64,000 nt of DNA from an uncultured Eubacteriales bacterium (GCA_963536495.1 CAUTAF010000008.1:4627-68626), one strand, 5' to 3'; numbered from the stretch's first letter, positions 9,618 to 19,036 are shown. Notes: generated from the letters alone by a model not told the origin. Made by a program: numbers and translations.

Positions 9618-10376
9618 TTAATTATTTTCTTGTTGTTTTAGATAATCATTTACAACTGTTATGATAGTCGCAACTGTTTTTTCTTCTGTTTTTAATCCTG
9701 TTTGACTATCAATAACTTCTTTTCTATCAGTAATGTACCCTTTATTTTTTTCTTTCCATACCCAATCATTATCTTCTTTAATAAATTCTCCTACTAAAGC
9801 AACTGTTGATAAAGCATTACTTGTTGTCAAATCTATTAAAATTCTAGGAGTGCTTTCACCCATATCTGCTATTGTGAAAACCAAGTCTTTTAAACAACTA
9901 AAAGTTTTGAAATTTCTTTTCCCTATATCTTTTTTGTCTATATAAATTGACACTATAACAGCAATTTTATCCACATCTTTATCTAACCTACTTAAAAATA
10001 TAACTTTTTTTTCTTTGTTTTTAAATCCATTAACTCCCAATTCATTCTTATAACTTTCACTTGTAAGCCAATCAATATCTTTTATATTTTCTGTATTGTA
10101 GTAAATTAAATCTCTAGTATCTGTAATTTTACCATTTCTAAATAATAATAAAGATATATTAACATCAGCATTTTTATATTTATCACTTGTTTCTAAAGCA
10201 CTTACAACAAAACTTGAATTAGTTTTTTCTGAATTGACTTCATTAAGAATTTTAAGTAAGTTTTCCTTATCTTCTTCTACCATTTCCCAAAAAATTTTAA
10301 GGCTAGGAGTTTTAAAAACTATATTTTCATCTTTGCTTTTTTCTAAATTTATACTATCAAAATTAAAATCACTCAT
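9618..10376 (-). CDS. TerD-domain-like protein
   Basis: DVNISLLLFRNGKITDTRDLIYYN...VIFLSRLDKDVDKIAVIVSIYI...FSCLKDLVFTI...VALVGEFIKEDNDWVWKEKNKGY follows the TerD beta-sandwich pattern. I chose the ATG at 10376 because it has AAGGAG 7 nt upstream. The ORF track starts at 10400. Confidence 0.6.
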   Translation of the reverse strand: MSDFNFDSINLEKSKDENIVFKTPSLKIFWEMVEEDKENLLKILNEVNSEKTNSSFVVSALETSDKYKNADVNISLLLFRNGKITDTRDLIYYNTENIKDIDWLTSESYKNELGVNGFKNKEKKVIFLSRLDKDVDKIAVIVSIYIDKKDIGKRNFKTFSCLKDLVFTIADMGESTPRILIDLTTSNALSTVALVGEFIKEDNDWVWKEKNKGYITDRKEVIDSQTGLKTEEKTVATIITVVNDYLKQQENN

Positions 10377-10387
10377 TTTTTGCTCCT

Positions 10388-12064
10388 TTACTTTTTCCAT
10401 TTCAATATCATTGAGAAAAATCCCTCTTTTTCTTCTTTAATTTCAGTATTTAATATATCCGTTAAATCAATATCCTTAAATTCATCAAGTAATAAAGTTG
10501 TATAAGCATTTTGATTTATATATTTGTCTAGTCCACTCTTACCATTAGGCGACAAGATAATTATATCTATTCCTAACATACTAAGTATTGTTAAAACTTG
10601 ACACATATTTTCTTTTAGTTCATCTTGATTATCTAAATATATTACTATTTTAGGTGCTGAATTGGTATAATCAAATCTTTCTAATAGTTTATATACTAAT
10701 GGATTTACAAGTAACATCAAGAATAACAACTTAGTTTTTTCTAAAAAAGATAAATCTTTATTAAAGAAAACTAAAGGTGTACTAATAACTTCATTAAATA
10801 CCTTGAATATATAGTTTACAGTTTTTTCTTTTAAATTTCTTAAATTGTAAAAACTTACTTTCTTTATATCTTCTAAATTATAAGTTTCATCTTTATTTAC
10901 TGTAAAAGCAAGTTCTGAAAAATAAAACATTCTTCTAGTTATAATTTCATCATTTATCATAAATATATTTTTTTCTAAGAATATTTCTCCGTTCCTTTTA
11001 CTTTCCTTTATGTTTTCATCTAATAAAACTTTATCATATTCCTTTTCGATAAAGAATATTGTATTTTTAGCTTTTAATAAATGTCTAACTAACTTTACAT
11101 ATTCTTCATAATCCTTTTGAACTCCTTGTACTTCTGTAAAAAAATGAGAAAAGAATACTGTTTTAGTTTCTTCATTTACTTTAAAACCCTCTCTAAATCT
11201 TACATCATTTACAAAAGTGTTATAAAAATCAGGGATTACCCCCTCAAATAATAAAGGTGCAACTTCATAATCTATGAATTGATTTGTATAATAAAGTTCC
11301 TTATTTTTAAATAAGTTATCATATACACTTTCTTGTACATAACTTGCTGTACTCTTTATTTTTCTAAGTTCTATTCCTTTTTTTGAAATATATTGTAAAT
11401 TATATTTTTCAATATTATCAACTAATTTATCACTTTTCACTACTTTTGATAACATATCATAATCATATTTTTCAAAAACTTCTTCATATTTATCACTAGG
11501 ACATATATAGATAACATCACACATCATTCTATATAATAAAATAAGAAAATAAACACTAATTCTATCTATTTTCCCAAAGTATATACATTTTATGTTTGAA
11601 ACATAGTCGAATTTCTTTCTTAAAAGATATTGTCTTGAAAGACAAATAATAGTTGCTAATGTTTCATATTTTTCATAAGGTTTTAAATCTTCTTCAAAAT
11701 CTAATATTTCAGAAATATAATCAAGTGATGATAAAAATACCTCATTTACCACTGTATCTTGAAAAATCTTAAAATTAGATTTTTTATAAAAGTTCATTCC
11801 ATAAATCTCTTCTACTTTTTTTCTTGTTTCTTCAAAAAAATCAATATCTTGGTCTAAAGCTATTTCATTTTCAAAGAATAACCATTTGTTTTTTTCTTCA
11901 ATAGATTGTATTTTTAAAGTTTTTATAGAACTTTCATAATCTTCAAATATACCTATATATCTAATGAATTGTGCTTTAAATTCATCTTTGAAATAGTCTT
12001 TTCGTTCAGAATTATTTTTTCTTAGAAAATAGCATTGTTCTTTTAAACTTTTAACATTTTCCAT
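10388..12064 (-). CDS. large hypothetical protein, YceG-like by size and synteny only
   Basis: 558 aa, placed immediately upstream of the TerD-like and TelA-like genes, as the roughly 540-aa yceG is in the B. subtilis yceCDEFGH cluster. No sequence comparison was possible. Confidence 0.35.
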   Translation of the reverse strand: MENVKSLKEQCYFLRKNNSERKDYFKDEFKAQFIRYIGIFEDYESSIKTLKIQSIEEKNKWLFFENEIALDQDIDFFEETRKKVEEIYGMNFYKKSNFKIFQDTVVNEVFLSSLDYISEILDFEEDLKPYEKYETLATIICLSRQYLLRKKFDYVSNIKCIYFGKIDRISVYFLILLYRMMCDVIYICPSDKYEEVFEKYDYDMLSKVVKSDKLVDNIEKYNLQYISKKGIELRKIKSTASYVQESVYDNLFKNKELYYTNQFIDYEVAPLLFEGVIPDFYNTFVNDVRFREGFKVNEETKTVFFSHFFTEVQGVQKDYEEYVKLVRHLLKAKNTIFFIEKEYDKVLLDENIKESKRNGEIFLEKNIFMINDEIITRRMFYFSELAFTVNKDETYNLEDIKKVSFYNLRNLKEKTVNYIFKVFNEVISTPLVFFNKDLSFLEKTKLLFLMLLVNPLVYKLLERFDYTNSAPKIVIYLDNQDELKENMCQVLTILSMLGIDIIILSPNGKSGLDKYINQNAYTTLLLDEFKDIDLTDILNTEIKEEKEGFFSMILKWKK

Positions 12065-12085
12065 TTTTAAACCCCTTATCTTATT

Positions 12086-12406
12086 TTATTCTTCGATTAT
12101 TTTCTTTAATTGTTCATATAGTTTTTCATTATCTATTTTATAATTTTTTATTTTGTTAGTTTTTATAGCTATGATTTTATTCGTTTCAAAATTCACATTC
12201 AAATATATCCATTTATAATTGTTACGAACTTTATCTAAAAACTCTTCTTTTAAAAAATTATATAAAAAGCCTTGTCCATTAATAAATTCTACTGTCTGTT
12301 CAAGTGGAAGATATTCTATTATCAATCGTTTCCCATTTTCAAAATAAAATTTTTTAACATATTCTCCTAAATCTTTTAAAATAGTATTTCCTAGTTTATT
12401 CATCAT
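12086..12406 (-). CDS. small hypothetical protein
   Basis: 106 aa and the first gene behind promoter P3. Confidence 0.6.
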   Translation of the reverse strand: MMNKLGNTILKDLGEYVKKFYFENGKRLIIEYLPLEQTVEFINGQGFLYNFLKEEFLDKVRNNYKWIYLNVNFETNKIIAIKTNKIKNYKIDNEKLYEQLKKIIEE

Positions 12407-12441
12407 AGTTATTCACCTTTTTTTTTATTTTTTATATCTAT

Positions 12442-12470
12442 ATTATACCATATAGAATATGAAATGTCAA
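12442..12470 (-). promoter_or_regulatory. cassette promoter P3 (perfect consensus)
   Basis: TTGACA-17-TATAAT with TGG (TTGACATTTCATATTCTATATGGTATAATATAGAT). Confidence 0.7.
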
Positions 12471-12797
12471 TCAACTACTGCTAATCTCAATATAATTATT
12501 AACAATAAAAAATGAAGAATTTAAGGGAATATAATGGCATAATTCAAAAAAATTCTTCATCTTTTTTTATCTGTTTAAAAAAGTAAATATGATAAATAAT
12601 ATTTTGTGGTAAAAACATTATTATAATGTATTTATATTATAACATTTTTTTATAAAAAAGTTAAGTAAAAATTAAATATTCACTTATTTGTTCTTATTTT
12701 TATTTGGATTTTAAAAAATAATGCTTTAAAATGCTTTTTATTTTAAATTTTATTTGATTTTGTTTAAAATCGTATTTGTTTAATTCTTCATATAAAA

Positions 12798-12826
12798 GGA
12801 AAAAATCACTACTTAGGTAGTGATTT
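12798..12826 (-). terminator. orphan intrinsic terminator in long intergenic region
   Basis: AAATCACTAC-ttag-GTAGTGATTT (10-bp stem). The minus strand is followed by TTTTTT. There is no annotated gene upstream of it. Confidence 0.5.
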
Positions 12827-12876
12827 GAAAAAAAGAAATTTTTTTCTAAAAAATATAGAAAATTTTAGAACACACA

Positions 12877-12908
12877 AATTAATAAATTTTTGAAAAAATT
12901 TATTAATT
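12877..12908. repeat. perfect 15-bp inverted repeat with 2-nt centre
   Basis: AATTAATAAATTTTT-ga-AAAAATTTATTAATT. Confidence 0.8.
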
Positions 12909-12940
12909 ATGATTGTGAAATTGAAAAAATATAAAAACAT

Positions 12941-12962
12941 AAATTAATCTGTAAATTAATCT
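12941..12962. repeat. tandem direct repeat (2 x 10 nt)
   Basis: AAATTAATCT-gt-AAATTAATCT. Confidence 0.8.
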
Positions 12963-13011
12963 ATATGAACGCCTTAATAATAACATATTTAAGCCATTTT
13001 GTCAAACAAAG

Positions 13012-13056
13012 AAAAAAAGAGATATTTTTGCAATATTTTGCTTTTACAATATCTCT
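13012..13056 (-). terminator. intrinsic terminator after 13141..13659
   Basis: AGAGATATT-N21-AATATCTCT. The minus strand is followed by TTTTTTT. Confidence 0.55.
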
Positions 13057-13140
13057 CTTTTGGCAACCTAGAAATTATAGTTAATTTCCAATAGTCAAGT
13101 CATCATTTATTTTTTATTATATCATATTCAATTTTTACTT

Positions 13141-13659
13141 TCAACTGTTTTCCTCAACATCATCAACTGTTTTCATCTTCTTAATTTCTTCTTTTAATTC
13201 TTTTAAAATTTTGTGCATTTCTTCTTGTTCTTTAGTTCTTTCATTGTTTTTATTGCCTAAATTTTCATAATCTTCTTTAATTTTTTTTATGTCTTTTAAT
13301 TTATTTCTTAAAGTTAAGGTAAAAAATAAATTCCAAACAAATATTCCAAACGCAATAAAGTGATAAGTTCTCAAAATCACCCATTCATTTTTTATATTTA
13401 TATTTGCTAAAATATAAACAATACTTATCAGACATATTACTATTGCAATCATATTGAAATATTTTAAAAATTTTAATTTTATTATTAATTCACTTAGAAA
13501 ATTTTTGATTAAAACTTCGTAATCATCAAGTTTTTCTTTTAATAAATTAGTTTCCATTTTTTCTTTAAATTTTAATGTTTGAAAAATCAAAGAAATTATT
13601 ATTCCAACCATACATAAGAATAAAGCTATTCCAAATAACATCAAAAACATTTTATTCAC
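13141..13659 (-). CDS. hypothetical membrane protein
   Basis: 172 aa with three hydrophobic helices followed by a K/E-rich helical tail. Confidence 0.65.
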   Translation of the reverse strand: MNKMFLMLFGIALFLCMVGIIISLIFQTLKFKEKMETNLLKEKLDDYEVLIKNFLSELIIKLKFLKYFNMIAIVICLISIVYILANINIKNEWVILRTYHFIAFGIFVWNLFFTLTLRNKLKDIKKIKEDYENLGNKNNERTKEQEEMHKILKELKEEIKKMKTVDDVEENS

Positions 13660-13684
13660 TTCCTTTTTTTAAAATTATGTTTAT

Positions 13685-13713
13685 ATTATACCATAAAAAC
13701 ATAAAAATTTAAA
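13685..13713 (-). promoter_or_regulatory. cassette promoter P4
   Basis: TTTAAA-17-TATAAT with TGG (TTATGGTATAATATAAAC). Confidence 0.55.
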
Positions 13714-13717
13714 CAAT

Positions 13718-15115
13718 TTATTTATATGGGAATAATTCTATATTTCCATTTGAAAAAATTTCTTTAAAATTTCCTAAACCTGATTTTTTAAAGGTATATT
13801 CTATCTTTTTATTGTCTATTTCTAACAAATCACTATTGATTGCTATTGTATCAATTAATTCATTCTTTCCGAAATAATTTTCGTTCACTACCCCCATAAA
13901 TTTAATAGAATTTGATTGAAAATCTTTTACATATTTTCCTAAGAAATTCATCTTTTCATCAAATAATTCTTCTATCATTATAAGAGTGTTTTTCTTGTTC
14001 GTTCTTTTATCTTCTAAAGAAATATTTTTCTTATATTTTCCTTTGTTTGTGTATTCGTCAAATAATATAGTATAAAACATTCTTATGATAGGACTTAATT
14101 CAACTATATTTTCTTTATCTACTATGAAATATATGCTAGTAGGTGTTTCACTATTTTCTAGTTCAGATAAGTCTAATTCATTTTTTCTAGTATTAAATGA
14201 TATTCTTTCATTACTAAAAATATATAAATCTCTCAAAATTTCATTTTTTATATTTTTTAATTCTTCATCTCCTAAATCTATAAGTTCTAAATTTTCTTTA
14301 TAAAATTCAGGAATTTGTCCTTTTTTAATAAGTTCTTCATCATCATTTTTATTGATAAGTTTTATTTTTTCAAAATATGCTCTATCTGTTTCATTAAAAT
14401 ATTTATGAGAATTAGAAATTTTAAATTCAGTTGATATGCTTATCCCTTTGACTTTTCCAAAACTTCTAATATAATCTAAAATAGTTTTAAAATTAATATC
14501 CAAATCCAATTCTTTTATTCTTATTTCAAAATAAAATTGCTTTATTACAGCTGATAGAAATTTAACTTTATTTGTTCTTTCTGTTTCACCTAAACAATTC
14601 ATTACTAAGACATCTGTAAAATCCTTTATATTTTCTAAATTCAAATAACTTAGAGGATTAAAGCATATACTATCAGTTTCATATAAGTCAATTTTTTTGA
14701 CATTACTTTGGAAACATAATTTTCTATATTTCCCTGTATTTTTATATAGATTACCATTTACATCAAAGACTATTACATCTTCTAAATAATTTTTTAATAC
14801 AGGATAGTAAAAATCATTGTATTTATCTCCGTTTTCTTTTATTTGCACTAATGTAGGTCTATCATTTCTCAAACAATTTTCATAAAAATCTTTTTTTTCT
14901 TTCATTCCTATCTCCTTTTCAAATCCTAACAAATTATTTGGTGTTGTATTTAAAATTTCAGAAATTTTTAATAACTTAGATAAAGGTACTTCAATTTCTC
15001 CACTTTCATATTTAAAATAAGTTATTTTCTTTACCTCTAACAAATCAGCCATTTCTTGTTGTGAATACCCTTTTACTTTTCTTAAACCTTTTATTTTTTG
15101 TCCTAACATTTTCAA
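13718..15115 (-). CDS. XRE-type HTH fused to a VirD4/TraG-like domain lacking the P-loop
   Basis: The N-terminus (LGQKIKGLRKVKGYSQQEMADLLEVKKITYFKYESGEIEVPLSKLLKISEIL) is a classic Cro/C1 HTH. The remainder aligns with VirD4: DVIVFDVNGNLYKNTGKYRKL..CFNPLSYL vs SVFVLDIKGENYQLTSGFRKE..KYNPMNEI, and TLIMIEELFDEKMNFLGKY vs LLFVLDEFPALGKMEVLEK. Confidence 0.6.
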   Translation of the reverse strand: MKMLGQKIKGLRKVKGYSQQEMADLLEVKKITYFKYESGEIEVPLSKLLKISEILNTTPNNLLGFEKEIGMKEKKDFYENCLRNDRPTLVQIKENGDKYNDFYYPVLKNYLEDVIVFDVNGNLYKNTGKYRKLCFQSNVKKIDLYETDSICFNPLSYLNLENIKDFTDVLVMNCLGETERTNKVKFLSAVIKQFYFEIRIKELDLDINFKTILDYIRSFGKVKGISISTEFKISNSHKYFNETDRAYFEKIKLINKNDDEELIKKGQIPEFYKENLELIDLGDEELKNIKNEILRDLYIFSNERISFNTRKNELDLSELENSETPTSIYFIVDKENIVELSPIIRMFYTILFDEYTNKGKYKKNISLEDKRTNKKNTLIMIEELFDEKMNFLGKYVKDFQSNSIKFMGVVNENYFGKNELIDTIAINSDLLEIDNKKIEYTFKKSGLGNFKEIFSNGNIELFPYK

Positions 15116-15157
15116 CTTCCTTTCTTTTTTTATTTATAATAATCAATTTCATAACTT

Positions 15158-15186
15158 ATTATAGACAATTTTTTTGAAAATGTCAA
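15158..15186 (-). promoter_or_regulatory. perfect-consensus promoter for the HTH-VirD4-like gene
   Basis: TTGACA-17-TATAAT (TTGACATTTTCAAAAAAATTGTCTATAAT). Confidence 0.65.
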
Positions 15187-15191
15187 ATAAA

Positions 15192-15236
15192 TTATATTTA
15201 AAATATTAATTTATTTAAGAGTTATATTTAAAATAT
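15192..15236. repeat. two 15-nt direct repeats, 30-nt period, just upstream of the -35
   Basis: TTATATTTAAAATAT occurs at 15192-15206 and 15222-15236. Confidence 0.75.
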
Positions 15237-15270
15237 AATTAATGAAGTAATTCTAGTAAAATAACATAAA

Positions 15271-15300
15271 AAAAAGGAAGTTTTTACTACTTCCTTTTTA
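15271..15300 (-). terminator. intrinsic terminator after 15327..16160
   Basis: AAAAA-AGGAAGT-ttttact-ACTTCCT-TTTTT. Confidence 0.65.
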
Positions 15301-15326
15301 TTTAAAATATATTTATTTAAAAAATT

Positions 15327-16160
15327 TTATTTAAAAATCTCATTTATCTTTTTTTGAACCTCAACCTGTTTATTTTTTTCAGTTTCTAATATAATTTCTA
15401 ATTCAAAATTGTGAAATGCAAAAATCTTTTTTTCTTTACCCTCATTTATTATACAAGACTTTTCTATATCGGTAAAATTAGCCATTAACTTTTCTCCGAT
15501 ATTTTTTGTGATAACTTTTTCAAAATATTCTATTTTATCTGAATTTACTCTTAATTTATATAATAACATTTCTTCTAGCAATCTATAATGCCATTCTCTT
15601 TCATTATAAATCAAACAGAAAATGTTACCTAAACTTCTAAGATTATGATTTTCTTTCTTTAAAAATTCAACTACACCTTTATCATAACATATTTCAACTA
15701 ACATTTTAAACTGTTTTCCTGTTTCTTCTAAGTTATAGACTTTTGATAAGAACTTTTGTCTTTGCTCACTTCTCCACATTTGAAAGTATACTTCTCCGTT
15801 ATTTGCAACAGTTTTCTTTTCTGTTCTTTTTAAAATAAGAGTTACTTCTCTTCTTAATTTTTTGAAAACATCATCTGCTAGTTCCATTCTAACTCTTAGA
15901 GTTTCCATTAAGTTAAAATATTCTTTTTTATCTAGTGCATATACACCATATAATGTTAGAAACAGTTCATCAAATTCTTTTTGTAATTCATCAGTATATT
16001 CTCCTAAGTCATCTTTGTGTACAAAAAACTTATTAAAAAGAGTTTCAATAGTATAAACTTTATATAAATCAGGAATAAATTTTATTTTAAGTATATCTCC
16101 TATTTTTTTAAGTTCTTCTATTTCTTTGAAATCAAAATCATTTTGCATTTTTTCTCCCAT
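15327..16160 (-). CDS. hypothetical protein, family B
   Basis: Shares IKFIPDLY.., LFLTLYGVYALDKKEY.., GNIFCLIYNEREWHYRLLEEML with 17036.., 18015.. and 19081... The start is uncertain (16178, 16160 or 16148). The 16160 ATG abuts the stop of 16162..16947. Confidence 0.65.
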   Translation of the reverse strand: MGEKMQNDFDFKEIEELKKIGDILKIKFIPDLYKVYTIETLFNKFFVHKDDLGEYTDELQKEFDELFLTLYGVYALDKKEYFNLMETLRVRMELADDVFKKLRREVTLILKRTEKKTVANNGEVYFQMWRSEQRQKFLSKVYNLEETGKQFKMLVEICYDKGVVEFLKKENHNLRSLGNIFCLIYNEREWHYRLLEEMLLYKLRVNSDKIEYFEKVITKNIGEKLMANFTDIEKSCIINEGKEKKIFAFHNFELEIILETEKNKQVEVQKKINEIFK

Positions 16161-16161
16161 A

Positions 16162-16947
16162 TTATAATTCTTTTGCAAATATATCCGTTCTAAAAGTTTC
16201 TATTTCCATTTCTTCTTTTCCAATATATTCAAATCTTTTATTATAGTCATCATCAACTATATCTAATTTTTCTATCTTTTTACCTAAATTCTTCATATAT
16301 TTGTAAACGAAATATCTTTTTTCATTTCTTTCTTCAAACCCTATTTCTAAGACATCTACCTCACTTATTCCTAATTTCATTGCCATAGAAATAGCTTGAA
16401 ATTTCATTAAAAATTGATTGTTGCCATTATCTAATATATAAGGATAGATATTCTTATTATATTCTAAAAAAGCACCACATTCATCAAATACAGTCAGACA
16501 ATCTTTACCACTTTCTCTTACTTTATCAAGTAAAAAATCTACTATTCTTTTTTTAATACATAAATTAAACATTCTTATATCTTCTATATTTACATATATA
16601 ATGAACTTATCTTTCTTTAAAGTTTCATCTATATCAGAATAATATAATCCTTTATTATCATCTGTAACATTATCTAAATCAAATTTATGTATATAATACC
16701 CTTGTTCTTTTTTATCTTCTTTAGTTTTATGATATGTTTCACTTTTTAAATCAATTACTATCAAATTTTTCTTATCTTCTGATATGATAGTAGGTATTGC
16801 TATCTTAGTGGTAAAACCCATTCTAGTACGAAAAGACGCTATCAAATTTGTTTTATCATTCTTTTCTACATAAACTTTTCCGTCCTCAACCTTTAAATTT
16901 TTGTAATCATTCTTATTTGTTCCTAAATTTCCTAATAATATTTTCAT
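16162..16947 (-). CDS. VirD4/TraG-like NTPase-core paralogue, P-loop lost (family A)
   Basis: NLIASFRTRMGFTTKIAIPTII..LIVIDLKSETY. It retains a Walker-B-like CLTVFDECGAFLE, and FIIYVNIE matches FTLYINL. Confidence 0.5.
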   Translation of the reverse strand: MKILLGNLGTNKNDYKNLKVEDGKVYVEKNDKTNLIASFRTRMGFTTKIAIPTIISEDKKNLIVIDLKSETYHKTKEDKKEQGYYIHKFDLDNVTDDNKGLYYSDIDETLKKDKFIIYVNIEDIRMFNLCIKKRIVDFLLDKVRESGKDCLTVFDECGAFLEYNKNIYPYILDNGNNQFLMKFQAISMAMKLGISEVDVLEIGFEERNEKRYFVYKYMKNLGKKIEKLDIVDDDYNKRFEYIGKEEMEIETFRTDIFAKEL

Positions 16948-17035
16948 AAATTCCTCCTATTATTTTTAAAATTTAATTAATCCATTTCCTCTTTACCTTT
17001 TTCTGTTTCAACAGTTATTACAACATCAACATTTT

Positions 17036-17749
17036 TCAAAAGAAAAAAATTTTATAGTCTTTGCAATATTGTATAAGTTCTAATTTTTCACTTTTTTCTA
17101 AATTGTCAGCTATGTATTTTCTAAAATTATTTAAAATATTTTTTTCAAAATCATCTATTTTTTTTAATTCTTTTTCTCTGTTTTCTGTTATTATTTCACT
17201 TTTAAGTATATCTATTAAGTTTTTGTATTGATTAGGTCTTTCATCATTAATTAAACAAAAAATAGTCGCTATATTTCTCAAATCATTATTTTCTTCTTTT
17301 AAAATTTCTTCCACACGATTTTCAGAAAAAAAGTTTATAACTTTCTTTAAGTGTTCAATGGTATTCTCAACATTATAAGTTGTACTTAATAGTCCTATTC
17401 TAAAATTCTTTTCTAATTCTTCTTTTTGTTGTTCAGATTTTATAAGGTTTTTCAAGGTTTCTTCTATTTCATTTTTTAAGGTATCTCTAAATGAATTGAA
17501 ATTATTATCGTCTAAATCAAGTCTTGTCTTCAATTCTGATATTACTTTATCATATTCGTCTTTTCTAACTGAATATAAACTCATAAGCAAACTAAACATT
17601 ATATCAAATAGTCTTTGACTTTCATCATTAATTTCTTGTTTGTCGTTTAAAATGAATTTTTTAACAAACATTTCAATATCATCAATATAATAGTTTTCAG
17701 GAATAATTTTAACATTTAATTCTTTTAATTTTTCTAAATTGTTTTTCAT
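17036..17749 (-). CDS. hypothetical protein, family B
   Basis: VKIIPENYYIDDIEMFVKKFIL; MFSLLMSLYSVRKDEYDKVI; ATIFCLINDERPNQYKNLIDIL. Confidence 0.65.
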   Translation of the reverse strand: MKNNLEKLKELNVKIIPENYYIDDIEMFVKKFILNDKQEINDESQRLFDIMFSLLMSLYSVRKDEYDKVISELKTRLDLDDNNFNSFRDTLKNEIEETLKNLIKSEQQKEELEKNFRIGLLSTTYNVENTIEHLKKVINFFSENRVEEILKEENNDLRNIATIFCLINDERPNQYKNLIDILKSEIITENREKELKKIDDFEKNILNNFRKYIADNLEKSEKLELIQYCKDYKIFFF

Positions 17750-17770
17750 TATATCTCCCTTACTGTATTT

Positions 17771-18004
17771 TTAAAATTTAATTAATCCATTAACAAGTGC
17801 CATTTCTTTTCTTCTTTCTATTTCATTTAATGTTACTCTTGCATAAGGTAGCCATTCTTCGTTACAGTTAAGTACAAGCATAGTTGCACTCTCTATAAGA
17901 TTATCATATTTTTCTAAGCTATTTGCTTTTCCCATAAATTCTCTTAAAGTCTTTATTTCTAATTTATAGTCTATTTGATTTTCCTCAAAAGTCATTTCAA
18001 TCAC
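17771..18004 (-). CDS. small hypothetical protein
   Basis: 77-aa ORF between two family B genes. Confidence 0.5.
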   Translation of the reverse strand: MIEMTFEENQIDYKLEIKTLREFMGKANSLEKYDNLIESATMLVLNCNEEWLPYARVTLNEIERRKEMALVNGLIKF

Positions 18005-18014
18005 TTCCTCTTAA

Positions 18015-18965
18015 TTACATCTTCCCTTTGAAGAAAAGATTACTTATATTGAAATCTTCAATAAATTTATTAAAATTATTATCTTCAACAGGAGTTGCTT
18101 TTTTATCCACAACAACGCTCACTTCACATTCATTGAATGTAAAAATTTCGTGTTTTTTTCCTAAATATACTAATTCCATTTTTTTATGTTCGTTATAAAA
18201 ACTTAACATAGGGGGAGATACTCTTTTTAAAACATCTTCAAAATAATCTAATATTTTTTTCTCTACTTTCTTTTCTTTTTCAAGTATCTTTATAAGGTTT
18301 CTATAATGTAATGGTTTTTCGCCATACACAAGACAAGTTGCCATAAAGACTTCATTTAGTTTAATATTCTTTTTCTTTAAAAGAGTTTGTAAACTTCCTG
18401 AATAAAGCAATTTTATGATTTTATCTAAATAATCAATGTATTTATCTACATTATATATTTTTGATAGGACTTCTTTTCTCATATCCTTTTTGATTTTTGA
18501 TAATTCTTTTTCATCAGGATATGCCTCATTCACTTTTAATTCTATCATATTATTAAAACTTTGTACAAATTCTTCATCTAATTTAAGATTTTCTTTTAGA
18601 ACATTTAATAAGAAATCATATTCTGCTTTGAAAAGCAAGTATAACATTCCAAAAGAAAAAATAAAATCATTCATTTTTTTGTTGTTTTCTTTGACTGTTA
18701 AATCAATTTCTCCTAATATAAAAGTTTGAAAAAACTCTTCCATTTCTTGATATGAATAAACATCAGGGATAAAATTGATTTTTACTACTTGTCCTAATTT
18801 TTTTATTTCTTCAAAAGATAAGTTTTCATCTATTTTTTTATTGTTATCTGTCATAACATTTATCGGTACATCTTGCTTTAACATATCTTGTTCTGAAATG
18901 TTCTTATTGGAGTTTTCTTTGATAATACTATTTTTAACATTCTTAAACATCATCTTATTTTTCAC
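18015..18965 (-). CDS. hypothetical protein, family B
   Basis: VKINFIPDVYSYQEMEEFFQTFIL; FSFGMLYLLFKAEYDFLL; CLVYGEKPLHYRNLIKIL. Confidence 0.65.
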   Translation of the reverse strand: MKNKMMFKNVKNSIIKENSNKNISEQDMLKQDVPINVMTDNNKKIDENLSFEEIKKLGQVVKINFIPDVYSYQEMEEFFQTFILGEIDLTVKENNKKMNDFIFSFGMLYLLFKAEYDFLLNVLKENLKLDEEFVQSFNNMIELKVNEAYPDEKELSKIKKDMRKEVLSKIYNVDKYIDYLDKIIKLLYSGSLQTLLKKKNIKLNEVFMATCLVYGEKPLHYRNLIKILEKEKKVEKKILDYFEDVLKRVSPPMLSFYNEHKKMELVYLGKKHEIFTFNECEVSVVVDKKATPVEDNNFNKFIEDFNISNLFFKGKM

Positions 18966-19036
18966 ATTTTTTCATCTCCTTATTCATTTAATTTTCTGTA
19001 TAATTTTTCTTTGTTTAATCTTCGTTTTATACTTAT

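Noticed and set aside
13141-13659. Membership of this membrane protein in family F.
   Set aside because: It has three TM helices and lacks both the LAKE..Y juxtamembrane motif and the KEKSQ..MKEFL tail. Only the general K/E-rich C-terminus is similar.
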